A DNA stretch of 64,000 nucleotides from an uncultured Gemmatimonadales bacterium. GTDB lineage: Bacteria; Gemmatimonadota; Gemmatimonadetes; Longimicrobiales; Gaopeijiaceae. Shown one piece after another: positions 20,160 to 29,339 of the stretch (within the stretch, counting starts at the first letter, position 1; the number at the start of each line of letters is the position of its first letter). The stretch spans positions 2,176,001 through 2,240,000 of the forward strand of contig CAWELD010000003.1 of the NCBI GenBank assembly GCA_963809895.1. The letters run 5' to 3'. A model generated the notes under the pieces. The model searched no databases. It saw only the letters and a program-made list of their open reading frames with translations, and was not told where the DNA came from. The position numbers and the translations under genes were made by a program.

Positions 20160-21778
20160 GATGCAGCCGAGATCATGGAGAGAGCGGGAACGGGCAACAG
20201 CACGGTGAACTCCGCACCGGACCTCCCGTCGCTGGAGGCGAGAATGGCCCCGCGGTAACGCCGGACCAGCCCCATGGACACCGACAGCCCCAGTCCCGAC
20301 CCCTGGCCCACGGGCTTGGTGGTGAAGAAGGGATCGAAGATACGGCCCAGGTCTTCGGGAGCGATGCCCGTCCCGGTGTCCCGGACGCGGATCCGCACCA
20401 GCGAGGTTCCGTGGTGCGGGGGAAGCTTGACGTTGGCGTAGTCCCCCCGGCTGGCAATATCGGCCTTCACCGTGAGCCTTCCGCCGTCGGGCATGGCGTG
20501 GATGGCGTTCATCATGAGGTTCACGAACACCTGTTGGAGTTGGACCTCGTTGGCTTCCACCATGGGCAGGTCGTCGGGGATCGACGTTCTCAGCTCCACA
20601 CCGGCGTTCTGCAGCTCGATCTTGAGGAGCTCCACCGCCTTCTGCAATGCCCGCTGTACACTGGAGGGCTCCGGCTCCGGCAGCTCGTCCTGCTTGCGGG
20701 AGAAGTCCAGGAGCTGGCGGATGATGGCGGCGCAGCGGTTCGCCTCACGCACGATCATCTGCACGTCGTCCCGGGCCTGGGACTCCGAGGGGAGCGTGTC
20801 GTGGACCAGGTGCGCGTAGGTGATGATGGCCATGAGGGGGCTGTTGAGCTCGTGGGCGATGCCCGCCGCCACCAATCCCACGGACGACAGCTTCTCCGCC
20901 TGCACCACCTGGTACTGGGCGGCCCGGAGCTGCGACGCCTTCTCCGCAACGTTCTGTTCCAGCGTCTCCACCCAGTCCTCGATGTGCTGGCTGGAGCTGC
21001 TCAGGCTCGCCACCATGTCGTTGAAGGAGCTCACCAGGAACCCGATCTCGCCGGTGGCTCCACCCGAGACCGGATGTCGAAAGTCGCCGCTGGCGACCCG
21101 GCGGGTGGCGGCGATCATGCGGTTGATGGGCCGTCGCACCCGGTGTGAGATGAGGAAGAAGAGCCCGGCGGAGATCATCAGAACCGCCAGCAGCGAGGTC
21201 AGGAACGCGCTGCGGGTGGCGTCCAGCAGGCGGGCCTCGGCCGGTTCCAGCGACATGGTCACGTCCAGTACCCCGAGCACGCTCTGTTGCGCGGGCGAGG
21301 CGTGGCAGCGGGCGCCGGAGCACCCGGCTTCGTTGCGGATGACCTGAATGGTGCTCAGCACCCGGCTCCCGTCGGGATTGGTGAAGACGCGGGAGCGGTC
21401 CTCGGGATTCAGGTGCGCGTTGGGCGACGGACCGTAGTGGCAGGTCACGCACGCCTCCGCCCGCTTGTCCACCACGGTCCCCACCTCGGTGGAGTCCGAG
21501 GAGTGCGTGATCTCGCCTTCCTTGTTGTAGATGCGCACGCGCTCGATCCCGGCGTGCTGGCCCACGGACTCCAGCATCTCGCGCACACCCTCCTGCCGGT
21601 TGGCGCGCATGTCCTGCTTGATGCTGAGCCCGATGGTCTCGGCCAGGCTCTCGGAGCCCACGATCACCTCGTCCTGCAGGTGGCGGCGCTCCGAGCGGAT
21701 CTGGATCGTGGAGAGCGCCGCCACCCCGACGAGGGCCAGGACACCGGCCGAGAGGGCGATTCGCGTGCTGAGGAGCAT
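20156..21778 (-). CDS. Sensor histidine kinase with heme-c motifs in the periplasmic domain, plus HAMP
   Basis: Periplasmic CVTCH and CSGARCH, then HAMP, AGIAHELNSPL, NAIHAM, and DPFFTTKPVGQGSGLGL. Confidence 0.92.
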   Translation of the reverse strand: MLLSTRIALSAGVLALVGVAALSTIQIRSERRHLQDEVIVGSESLAETIGLSIKQDMRANRQEGVREMLESVGQHAGIERVRIYNKEGEITHSSDSTEVGTVVDKRAEACVTCHYGPSPNAHLNPEDRSRVFTNPDGSRVLSTIQVIRNEAGCSGARCHASPAQQSVLGVLDVTMSLEPAEARLLDATRSAFLTSLLAVLMISAGLFFLISHRVRRPINRMIAATRRVASGDFRHPVSGGATGEIGFLVSSFNDMVASLSSSSQHIEDWVETLEQNVAEKASQLRAAQYQVVQAEKLSSVGLVAAGIAHELNSPLMAIITYAHLVHDTLPSESQARDDVQMIVREANRCAAIIRQLLDFSRKQDELPEPEPSSVQRALQKAVELLKIELQNAGVELRTSIPDDLPMVEANEVQLQQVFVNLMMNAIHAMPDGGRLTVKADIASRGDYANVKLPPHHGTSLVRIRVRDTGTGIAPEDLGRIFDPFFTTKPVGQGSGLGLSVSMGLVRRYRGAILASSDGRSGAEFTVLLPVPALSMISAAS

Positions 21779-22050
21779 CGGCGGATCCGGGCGGACAGGG
21801 ACCGTCGCGACAGGGGAGGGTCGGGGATGCTTCTATCCACCTTCAAGTCTGTGCCCAACCGCCACTTCCGACCTATCGGGGTTCTGCGGACGTTCCGTGT
21901 AGGGGGAATCCCCACCCGCATCCGGGCTCCCGAGCCTAACACATCCGGAGGCAAAGGTGTCCCCGTAAACAAATCGCCCCTGAAGCATACGACGCCCGTA
22001 AGACGCGACGGCGCGTCCGAGCACCCACACTCCCGCCACCCCGCCCTCGC

Positions 22051-22278
22051 ATGGCTCTACTCTATTTCGGACCCGAGGTCATGATGCCGCTGGCATCGGC
22101 CGCCGCCGCTTTGCTGGGCGGTCTGCTGATGTTCTGGCGGCGAGTCGTCGGCTGGGTCAAGGCCGTCGCTCACCGTGTCGCCGGCCTCTTCGGGCGCGAC
22201 CCTGGCAGCCTCGACATGCCTCCGACCGCGGCCGGACCGCAGCGGCGGAAGCGCCCGGCCAAGAGGCGGGTGGGGTGA
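22051..22278 (+). CDS. Small single-TM protein (YxGP motif, basic tail)
   Basis: MALLYFGPEVMMPLASAAAALLGGLLMFWRR; the stop overlaps the GTG of the next gene (GTGA). Confidence 0.65.
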   Translation: MALLYFGPEVMMPLASAAAALLGGLLMFWRRVVGWVKAVAHRVAGLFGRDPGSLDMPPTAAGPQRRKRPAKRRVG

Positions 22279-24116
22279 ATCGGGTCCTGGCCGTCGGCCT
22301 CGACGGCTTCGCCCCCCCCATCGCCGAACCCCTGCTCGCGGCCGGCGAGCTGCCGAATCTCGCCCGCCTGCGCGAGACCGGTGGGTACGCACGCATCCGG
22401 ACCACGGCCCCCGCGCAGACCCCTGTAGCCTGGTCGTCGGTGGCGGTGGGCACCAATCCCGGCGGTCACGGAATCTACGACTTCCTGACCCGGGATCCCC
22501 GCACCTACCGCCCCGAGATCGCCCTCCACGGCTACGAGCGGAAGAACGCCTTCCTCCCTCCGAAGGCGGTGAATCGGCGGGGGGGCGACGCGCTGTGGGC
22601 GGTAGCCAGCGAGGCCGGGGTGCCGGCGACGGTGATCCGCCACCCGTGCACGTACCCCCCGGAGCGGGTCTACGGGCGCATGCTCGCCGGAGTGGGCGTC
22701 ACGGACCTGCGCGGCGGCTTCGGCACGTCGACCGTGTACACCACCGAACCGGATCTGCGACCCGGCGAAGGCGAGCGGATCCTGCCGCTGCAGGAGGGTC
22801 GTGACGGCATGCTGCGTGCGCACCTCGTAGGCCCCCTGCGGCCCGATGGAGAGGACGCGCGCCTGGAGCTGGGGGTCCAACGCGGCGACGACGGTGGCGT
22901 CAGGATCCTCCTGGCGGGACAGGAGGCGGTGCCGGCGCTCGCGCCGGGACAGTGGAGCCCCTGGGTGGGCCTGCGCTTCCGGATGGGCGCGCTCCAGTCG
23001 GTGCGGGGGCAGGTCCGATTTCTCCTCGTCCGGACCCGGCCGCACGTCCTCCTCTACGCCAGCCCCGTGAACTTCGACCCGGCCGCGCCCCCCTTCCCCA
23101 TCAGCCATCCCTGGGACTACGCCAAGGAGTTGGAGGACGCCCTGGGCCCGTTTCACACGCTGGGCATGGCGGAGGATCACGGCGGCCTCAACAACGGACG
23201 CTTCACCGAGGAAGAGTTCCTGGCGCAGTGCGGCGACGTCCTGGACGAGCGACGGGCCATGCTCCGCTACGAGCTGGAGCGATTCCAGGAGGGACTCCTC
23301 TTCTGCGTCTTCGACACGCCGGACCGTCTTCAGCACATGTTCTGGCGATTTCTGGAGCCGGATCATCCGGCCAACGGGGCCCATGGCTTCGACGCGGGCC
23401 TCGCCGACGTCATCCGGGAGCACTACCACGCCTGCGACCGTATCGTCGGCGAGGTGATGGACGCCGTCGACGACCACACGCTGCTGGTGGTGCTGAGCGA
23501 CCACGGCTTCGGGACCTTCCGGCGCGAAGTGCACCTGAACCGGTGGCTCCATGAACAGGGTCTCCTGGTCCTGAAGACCGGGGTCGGGCCCGGGGCGGAC
23601 GCCGGCGAAATGCTGAGGGCGGTAGACTGGGACCGTACCCGCGCCTACGCCGTGGGACTGGCGGGCATCTACCTGAACCTCCGCGGCCGGGAGTCCCGGG
23701 GCATCGTGGATCCCGACGAAGCCCCCGCGCTTCGCCGGGCGTTGGCGGAGCAGCTGACGGGCCTCCGGGACCAGGACACCGGTCGGGAAGCGATCCGGAG
23801 CGCCGCCTCGCGGGACGACCTCTACCGTGGACCCCACCTGGACACGGCGCCCGACGTGGTCGTGGGGTGCGCCACCGGCTACCGCGTGTCCGCTGCGACG
23901 GCGCTGGGCGCAGTGCCGACGGCATCCTTCGAGGACAATGTGCGCCGCTGGTCCGGGGACCACGTGATGGACCCCGCGCTCGTGCCCGGTGTCCTGTTCA
24001 TGAACCGACCGTTCGACGAGAACAGCCCCCACCTGACCGACGTGGCGCCCACGCTTCTGGATGCCCTGGGCGTTCCCGCCGCGCCGGCCATGGAAGGACG
24101 ATCGTTGTTGCCGTGA
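22275..24116 (+). CDS. AlkP-superfamily phosphodiesterase/nucleotide pyrophosphatase-like protein (COG3379-like)
   Basis: VGLDG..PAQTPVAWSS..GTNPGGHGIYDF, DRLQHMFW, LSDHGF, WSGDH. Confidence 0.88.
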   Translation: MNRVLAVGLDGFAPPIAEPLLAAGELPNLARLRETGGYARIRTTAPAQTPVAWSSVAVGTNPGGHGIYDFLTRDPRTYRPEIALHGYERKNAFLPPKAVNRRGGDALWAVASEAGVPATVIRHPCTYPPERVYGRMLAGVGVTDLRGGFGTSTVYTTEPDLRPGEGERILPLQEGRDGMLRAHLVGPLRPDGEDARLELGVQRGDDGGVRILLAGQEAVPALAPGQWSPWVGLRFRMGALQSVRGQVRFLLVRTRPHVLLYASPVNFDPAAPPFPISHPWDYAKELEDALGPFHTLGMAEDHGGLNNGRFTEEEFLAQCGDVLDERRAMLRYELERFQEGLLFCVFDTPDRLQHMFWRFLEPDHPANGAHGFDAGLADVIREHYHACDRIVGEVMDAVDDHTLLVVLSDHGFGTFRREVHLNRWLHEQGLLVLKTGVGPGADAGEMLRAVDWDRTRAYAVGLAGIYLNLRGRESRGIVDPDEAPALRRALAEQLTGLRDQDTGREAIRSAASRDDLYRGPHLDTAPDVVVGCATGYRVSAATALGAVPTASFEDNVRRWSGDHVMDPALVPGVLFMNRPFDENSPHLTDVAPTLLDALGVPAAPAMEGRSLLP

Positions 24117-25582
24117 AGATCCTGGTGATGGGCCTCGACTGCGCCGCGCCGGAGATCCTGCTCGATGACCGGGCCCTGGACCTCCCCAACCTGCGCCGTC
24201 TCATGGAGGCGGGCACGTACGGCCGCCTCGAGAGCGTGGTTCCGCCGATCACGGTGCCGGCCTGGATGTGCATGGCCACCAGCCAGGATCCCGGGTCGCT
24301 GGGCGTGTACGGCTTCCGCAACCGCGCCGACCACTCCTACGAGGGTATGGGCACGGTCAACAGCCGCTCCTTCGACGCGCTCACCGTCTGGGACCAGGTG
24401 GCCCGCCAGGGTGGCCGTTCGATCCTGATCGGGGTGCCGCCGTCCTATCCCCCTCGACGGGTGAACGGCCTCAGCGTCGGTTGTTTCCTGACGCCGGACT
24501 CCAGCCGGGACGTCTTCACGCACCCGCCCGAGCTCTCGGACCGCATCCGCGAACTGGTGGGCGACTACCCGGTGGACGTGAAGGACTTCCGCACGGACGA
24601 CAAGGACCGCCTCCGTGCGGACATCTTCGAGATGACGGAACGGCACTTCGAGGTGATCCGTGATCTCATGGTCACCGAACCCTGGGACTACTTCCAGTTC
24701 GTGGAGATCGGCCTGGACCGTGTACACCACGGCTTCTGGAAGCACCACGATCCCGCGCACCGCAAGCACGACCCGGACAGCCCGTACCGGAACGTCATCC
24801 GGGACTACTACCGCATGCTCGACCGGGAGCTGGGCTCGGTGCTGGAGCTCCTGGACGACGACACCGCCGTGCTGGTGGTCTCGGACCACGGCGCCCGCGC
24901 GCTGGACGGGGGATTCTGCGTCAACGAGTGGCTGGTGCGAGAGGGTGATCTGGCGCTGGCGGCGTACCCCGAGCGTGTCACACCGCTGGATCAGCTCGAG
25001 GTGGACTGGTCACGCACCCGTGCCTGGAGCAGCGGGGGGTACTACGCCCGCGTCTTCATGAACGTGCGGGGGCGCGAGCCCGAGGGCGTCATCGAGCCCG
25101 AGGACTACGAAGCGGCGCGGGACGATCTGGCGGCGCGACTGGAGGCCACAACCGATCCGGAAGGCCGGCCCCTGGGCACCCGGGTCTTTCGCCCGCAGGA
25201 GATCTACCGCGACGTGCGGGGCGTGGCGCCGGACCTCATCGTCCACTTCGGCGATCTGGCCTGGCGGGCCGTGGGCGGGGTCGGGTATCCCGGCGTCCAC
25301 GTGGAGGAGAACGACACGGGGCCCGACGACTGCAACCACGCCCAGTACGGGGCGTTCATCCTGGCCGCCCCGGGCCTGGCGCCCGCCGGCGAGATGGAGG
25401 GCGCCCGCCTCCTGGACGTCGCCCCCACGCTGCTCGAGCTCGCGGGCTACGACGTGCCGGGCTCCATGCAGGGTCGGTCGCTGGTGGGCTCACTTCCCCG
25501 GGCGCAGAGCCCGGAGGGCCCGTCCGACGAAGACGAGGCCGTGATCCGGGAACGGCTCACGGGCCTGGGCTACATCGCCTGA
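24113..25582 (+). CDS. AlkP-superfamily phosphodiesterase-like protein (COG3379-like)
   Basis: MGLDCA..PPITVPAWMCM, DRVHHGFW, VSDHGA, GPDDCNH, and C-terminal RERLTGLGY. The GTG start overlaps the previous stop. Confidence 0.88.
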   Translation: MKILVMGLDCAAPEILLDDRALDLPNLRRLMEAGTYGRLESVVPPITVPAWMCMATSQDPGSLGVYGFRNRADHSYEGMGTVNSRSFDALTVWDQVARQGGRSILIGVPPSYPPRRVNGLSVGCFLTPDSSRDVFTHPPELSDRIRELVGDYPVDVKDFRTDDKDRLRADIFEMTERHFEVIRDLMVTEPWDYFQFVEIGLDRVHHGFWKHHDPAHRKHDPDSPYRNVIRDYYRMLDRELGSVLELLDDDTAVLVVSDHGARALDGGFCVNEWLVREGDLALAAYPERVTPLDQLEVDWSRTRAWSSGGYYARVFMNVRGREPEGVIEPEDYEAARDDLAARLEATTDPEGRPLGTRVFRPQEIYRDVRGVAPDLIVHFGDLAWRAVGGVGYPGVHVEENDTGPDDCNHAQYGAFILAAPGLAPAGEMEGARLLDVAPTLLELAGYDVPGSMQGRSLVGSLPRAQSPEGPSDEDEAVIRERLTGLGYIA

Positions 25583-25593
25583 GGGCTCCGGCG

Positions 25594-27507
25594 ATGCCGT
25601 CGTCCTCCCCTCCCCCGCCGGAGCGGCTGTCGCCGCTGGCGCTGCTCAGAATGGCCCTGGGATTCGGCCTGGCCGTGGGCCTTCTGGAGACGGCTCCATT
25701 GGCGCTGGCCGTGGAGTTGGGGATCCGTATTCGCATGAGCCCTCAGTTCGTGTGGATGACCCCGGTGGGCGACACCCTCCTCTTCCTTCTGGTGGGATTG
25801 CTGCTCGTGCTGGCCGGCCGCCGCCGCCCCACCCTCACCGGCCGCAGGGTGGCACTGGGCGTCTTCGTGGGGCTGGGCGTACTGTGCCTGGGCCTCATCA
25901 TCGAGTCCCTCTACGACCTGGCGGTCCTGGTGCTCGCCACCGGGGTGGGCGTCCAGGTGGCCCGCACGGCCGACGGGCGCGTGGGTCGCTGGCTCACCCG
26001 CGTGGTGCCCCGCGCCGCGCCGGCGCTGGCGCTGGTGGTGCTCCTGCTGGGGCTCGGGGTACGCTGGCGCACGGCGGCCGGAGAGGAGGCCCGCATGGCG
26101 GCGCTGCCCGAGCCCGAGGCCGGCGCCCCCAACATCCTCCTGCTCATCCTGGACACGGTGCGGGCGTCGAGCCTCGAGCTGTACGGCGGACGGCGAACGA
26201 CGGCGCCACACCTGGACAGCCTGGCCCAGCGCGGTGTGGTGTTCGACGAAGCCATGAGTGCCTCACCGTGGACCTTCCCCTCTCACGCGACGCTCTTCAC
26301 CGGGATGTGGCCCTTCCAGGTGCACGCCGGTTGGGAGGCTCCCCTGGGCGACGAGTTCCCCACGCTGGCCGAGGCGCTGGCGTCGGACGGCTACGCCACC
26401 GGCGGGTTCGTGGGCAACATGCTGAACGCCTCCAGCATGCGTGGGCTGAGCCGGGGCTTCGCCCACTACGAGGACTACGTGCCGGGATGGGGCGAGCTGA
26501 TCCTGAGCACCTCGGTGGGCCGGGCGCTGGCCTACAGCACTCGCTTGCGCTGGCTGGTGGGCGTTCACGAATTGCTGAACCGGAAGCACGGGGGCGACGT
26601 CAATCGGGCGTTCCTGTCCTGGCTCGCCGACGAGAAGGAAGACCACCCCGGCCGTCCCTGGTTCGCCTTCCTGAACTACTACGACGCCCACGAACCCCAT
26701 TCCCCTCCCGACACCCTGCTGTCGTGGCGCGAATGGAACGACTTCAAGCACCTGGGCGGCATCGCCGTGGGCAACGACGCCTGGGTCGCCGACAAGTGGA
26801 CCATGCCCGGCCGGCGTGTAGCGCTGCACACCCTGTCCTACGAGGCGGCCATCCGACGTGCCGACGCCGCCATGGGACGCCTCTTCCGGGAACTGGACGC
26901 ACGGGGCGAGCTGCAGAACACGGTCGTCGTGGTCCTCTCGGATCACGGTGAGCAGCTCGGCGAGCGCGGACTCTTCGAGCACAACAACAGCCTGTACCTG
27001 CCCACTTTACACGTGCCCCTGGTCATCGCCTGGCCGGGACGCGTGCCCGCCGGAGTGCGTATCGACGAGACGGTGAGCCTGCGCGACGTTCCCGCCACGA
27101 TCCTCGATCTGTCCGGTTCGGTGGCGGCGCTGCCCGGCACGTCGCTGGCACCGCTGTGGCGCGCGACCGACGAGGACGCGCCGCCGGTGCCCCGCTCTCC
27201 GGCCATCGCCCATCTGACCCGGGGCTACGTCGAGCAGCCGGGGACTCCGATTTCGCTGGGGCAGACGCCGGAGATGCACTCCATCGTCGACATGCCCTAC
27301 CAGTACATCCACAACGGCGACGGCACCGACGAGCTCTACGACGTGGGCCAGGACCCCGCCCAGGGGCCCAACCTCGCCGGCACGCCGGCCGGCGATTCGA
27401 TCCTCGTGCGCCTGCGGGCGGTGCTCTACCGCGAGGTCACCGGCGAGCTGGTGCCCGAGGGGCTCCCCGTGTATCCCGCCAGCCCGCGCCTGCCCGGCCG
27501 GCGCTGA
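25594..27507 (+). CDS. Membrane-anchored sulfatase-like hydrolase/transferase
   Basis: About 5 N-terminal TM helices, then PNILLLILDTVRA, SPWTFPSHATLFTG (Thr in place of the FGly Cys/Ser), NYYDAHEP and SDHGE. Confidence 0.85.
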   Translation: MPSSSPPPPERLSPLALLRMALGFGLAVGLLETAPLALAVELGIRIRMSPQFVWMTPVGDTLLFLLVGLLLVLAGRRRPTLTGRRVALGVFVGLGVLCLGLIIESLYDLAVLVLATGVGVQVARTADGRVGRWLTRVVPRAAPALALVVLLLGLGVRWRTAAGEEARMAALPEPEAGAPNILLLILDTVRASSLELYGGRRTTAPHLDSLAQRGVVFDEAMSASPWTFPSHATLFTGMWPFQVHAGWEAPLGDEFPTLAEALASDGYATGGFVGNMLNASSMRGLSRGFAHYEDYVPGWGELILSTSVGRALAYSTRLRWLVGVHELLNRKHGGDVNRAFLSWLADEKEDHPGRPWFAFLNYYDAHEPHSPPDTLLSWREWNDFKHLGGIAVGNDAWVADKWTMPGRRVALHTLSYEAAIRRADAAMGRLFRELDARGELQNTVVVVLSDHGEQLGERGLFEHNNSLYLPTLHVPLVIAWPGRVPAGVRIDETVSLRDVPATILDLSGSVAALPGTSLAPLWRATDEDAPPVPRSPAIAHLTRGYVEQPGTPISLGQTPEMHSIVDMPYQYIHNGDGTDELYDVGQDPAQGPNLAGTPAGDSILVRLRAVLYREVTGELVPEGLPVYPASPRLPGRR

Positions 27508-27584
27508 GCTCCGACCGTCACGACGGCGGCCCCACGATCGTTCTCTCCATGGGTGATTGCTGACGATCGACGAGGGGAGGAGAG

Positions 27585-27977
27585 ATGAAGCGTTTGTTGT
27601 CCGTCGCAGCCGTGCTCCTGGCCATCGCGGGGTGCGCCGACGCCACGGGGGTGCCCGACGACCAGTTCGGCATCGTCTCCGTGGATCAGGGGCTGGAGAT
27701 CACGAATTCGTCCAGCGTGGATCTCTTCTACGAGGCCATCGACATCGAGGTACTGGCCCAGTGGGTCGGACCCACGGCCATCACCATGTGCAGCGACCCC
27801 GACTGCCCCCACGTGGCGCCCGGGCAGACCGTGATCGTGCCCTGGGACCAGGTCCTGGGATGGCGTGACGAAACGACCAGGATCGCCGTCTACTGGTGGC
27901 GTGTCGTCCCCGACGGCAAGGGCGGCTGGCGGGTGGCCAGCGACGACGTCCACTCGCGGGAGATCGACGTTTCCTAG
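27585..27977 (+). CDS. Hypothetical lipoprotein
   Basis: MKRLLSVAAVLLAIAGC lipobox with RBS GGAGG. Confidence 0.75.
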   Translation: MKRLLSVAAVLLAIAGCADATGVPDDQFGIVSVDQGLEITNSSSVDLFYEAIDIEVLAQWVGPTAITMCSDPDCPHVAPGQTVIVPWDQVLGWRDETTRIAVYWWRVVPDGKGGWRVASDDVHSREIDVS

Positions 27978-27986
27978 CAGGACCGG

Positions 27987-28634
27987 CTAGTTCGACTGAC
28001 TGGCCGTGACCGGCGCGACGGCGGTCCGATCGCCGACGATCAGCGTCAGCTCGGTATCCCCCTGGAAGACGACCCCCAGGACCACTTCGGGCTCGGTGTT
28101 CGTGGCAGAGCGGATCGACGCCACACGTGCGTTGCCGATCTTCCAGGAGATCCTGAATCCCTCGGGAGAAAGCTCGTCGCCGACGTCGTCGCGCAGAACG
28201 GCCCTGGCCACCGCCGTCTGCGAGCCCACCAGATCGAAAGAAGGCGGGTCGATGGCGATGCTGGCGAGGCCCGCGGGGTGGACGTAGACCGGCACCGGTA
28301 CCGAGAGATCCGCGAGGTGGGCCCGCACCACCGCCGATCCGACCCCGGTGGCCGTGACCTCCGCACCGGTCGCGGTCCGCTCGACGGTGGTCACCTGCGT
28401 GTCGTCGCTTTCCCACTCCACCCGTGACAGGCGGTCGTCCAGCGACTCTCCACCGGGGCCCAGGATACGGAGTTCGAGAGGACCGCTGCTCCCCACGCCG
28501 AGGTGGAGTGAATCCTGGACGATGTCGAGGGCGGCCACCTTCTCGGGACCGGTCCCGCCCGAGCACGCCCCGAGAAGGGCGGCCCCCACCGCCACCAGTA
28601 GGCCGGCCATGCGCGCGCCGTATCGCTTCGCCAT
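27987..28634 (-). CDS. Lipoprotein with two Ig-like (Big_2-type) domains
   Basis: LLGAC lipobox; VEWESDDTQVTTV..VTATGVGSAVVRA and ISWKIGNARVASI repeats. Confidence 0.7.
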   Translation of the reverse strand: MAKRYGARMAGLLVAVGAALLGACSGGTGPEKVAALDIVQDSLHLGVGSSGPLELRILGPGGESLDDRLSRVEWESDDTQVTTVERTATGAEVTATGVGSAVVRAHLADLSVPVPVYVHPAGLASIAIDPPSFDLVGSQTAVARAVLRDDVGDELSPEGFRISWKIGNARVASIRSATNTEPEVVLGVVFQGDTELTLIVGDRTAVAPVTASQSN

Positions 28635-28758
28635 CCATCCGTCCTGCGTCGGAGTCAGTACGCGCCCCGCGGTGGGGCGGCTCCGTCGAAGGGACGGTCC
28701 AGCAGCGCGCATTCTGCCGACAGCCGCATCCGAGGCGGCGGGGGCGGCTCCGGTAAGG

Positions 28759-29190
28759 CTAACTCACCCGACTCATCTGGATCGTCACCGGCGTGCTGTC
28801 GATGCTCCCGGTCCAGGTCATGTTGGAACCGCTGATGCTGTAGCTGAAGGTGGTGGAGTCGGCGGAACCCGCATCGATGGTCACCTGGCTCGACGTGTAC
28901 GTGAAGGCCCCGTTGTTCTCACAGTCGGTGGTGGTATCACCGCAGACGCCGACCTGATCGTCCGTGACGCTGATCGTGTACATGCCGGTGTCGGCCAGCG
29001 TAATGGTGAGATCCATGCCGAGGGCGACGAAGTCGACGCCGTTGGCGGTGAACCCCGTCGCATGCCAGGTGCCCAGGATCGCGTCCTGGTCGTCGTTCGG
29101 CCCACTGGAATCGTCGCTGGAGCACGAGGCCGATACCGCCAGGAGCACGAGCAGGAGGAGGGGGAACACACGGGTGCGCATGCGGGACAT
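28759..29190 (-). CDS. Lipocalin-like lipoprotein
   Basis: VSASC lipobox, ILGTW motif, beta-rich sequence. Confidence 0.7.
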   Translation of the reverse strand: MSRMRTRVFPLLLLVLLAVSASCSSDDSSGPNDDQDAILGTWHATGFTANGVDFVALGMDLTITLADTGMYTISVTDDQVGVCGDTTTDCENNGAFTYTSSQVTIDAGSADSTTFSYSISGSNMTWTGSIDSTPVTIQMSRVS

Positions 29191-29339
29191 GAGAGGGTCT
29201 CCGTAGAGGGTGGGCTGTTTGGCCGCGCTTCTTCAGCCTAGTGCCGATGCACGGAGCGGGCCAGCCCCCCGTGACGGTTCGGGCCCCGGGTTCTGCGTTG
29301 GAGGGAGGTGGACCCGGCAGCAGAAGACCTCCTTGAAGC

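Noticed and set aside
18480..24032. Long ORFs 18480..20258 (+) and 22170..24032 (-)
   Set aside because: Antisense to well-supported NtrC and AlkP genes.
25594..27507. True formylglycine-dependent arylsulfatase
   Set aside because: Lacks the C/S-x-P-x-R signature; has WTFPSH instead.
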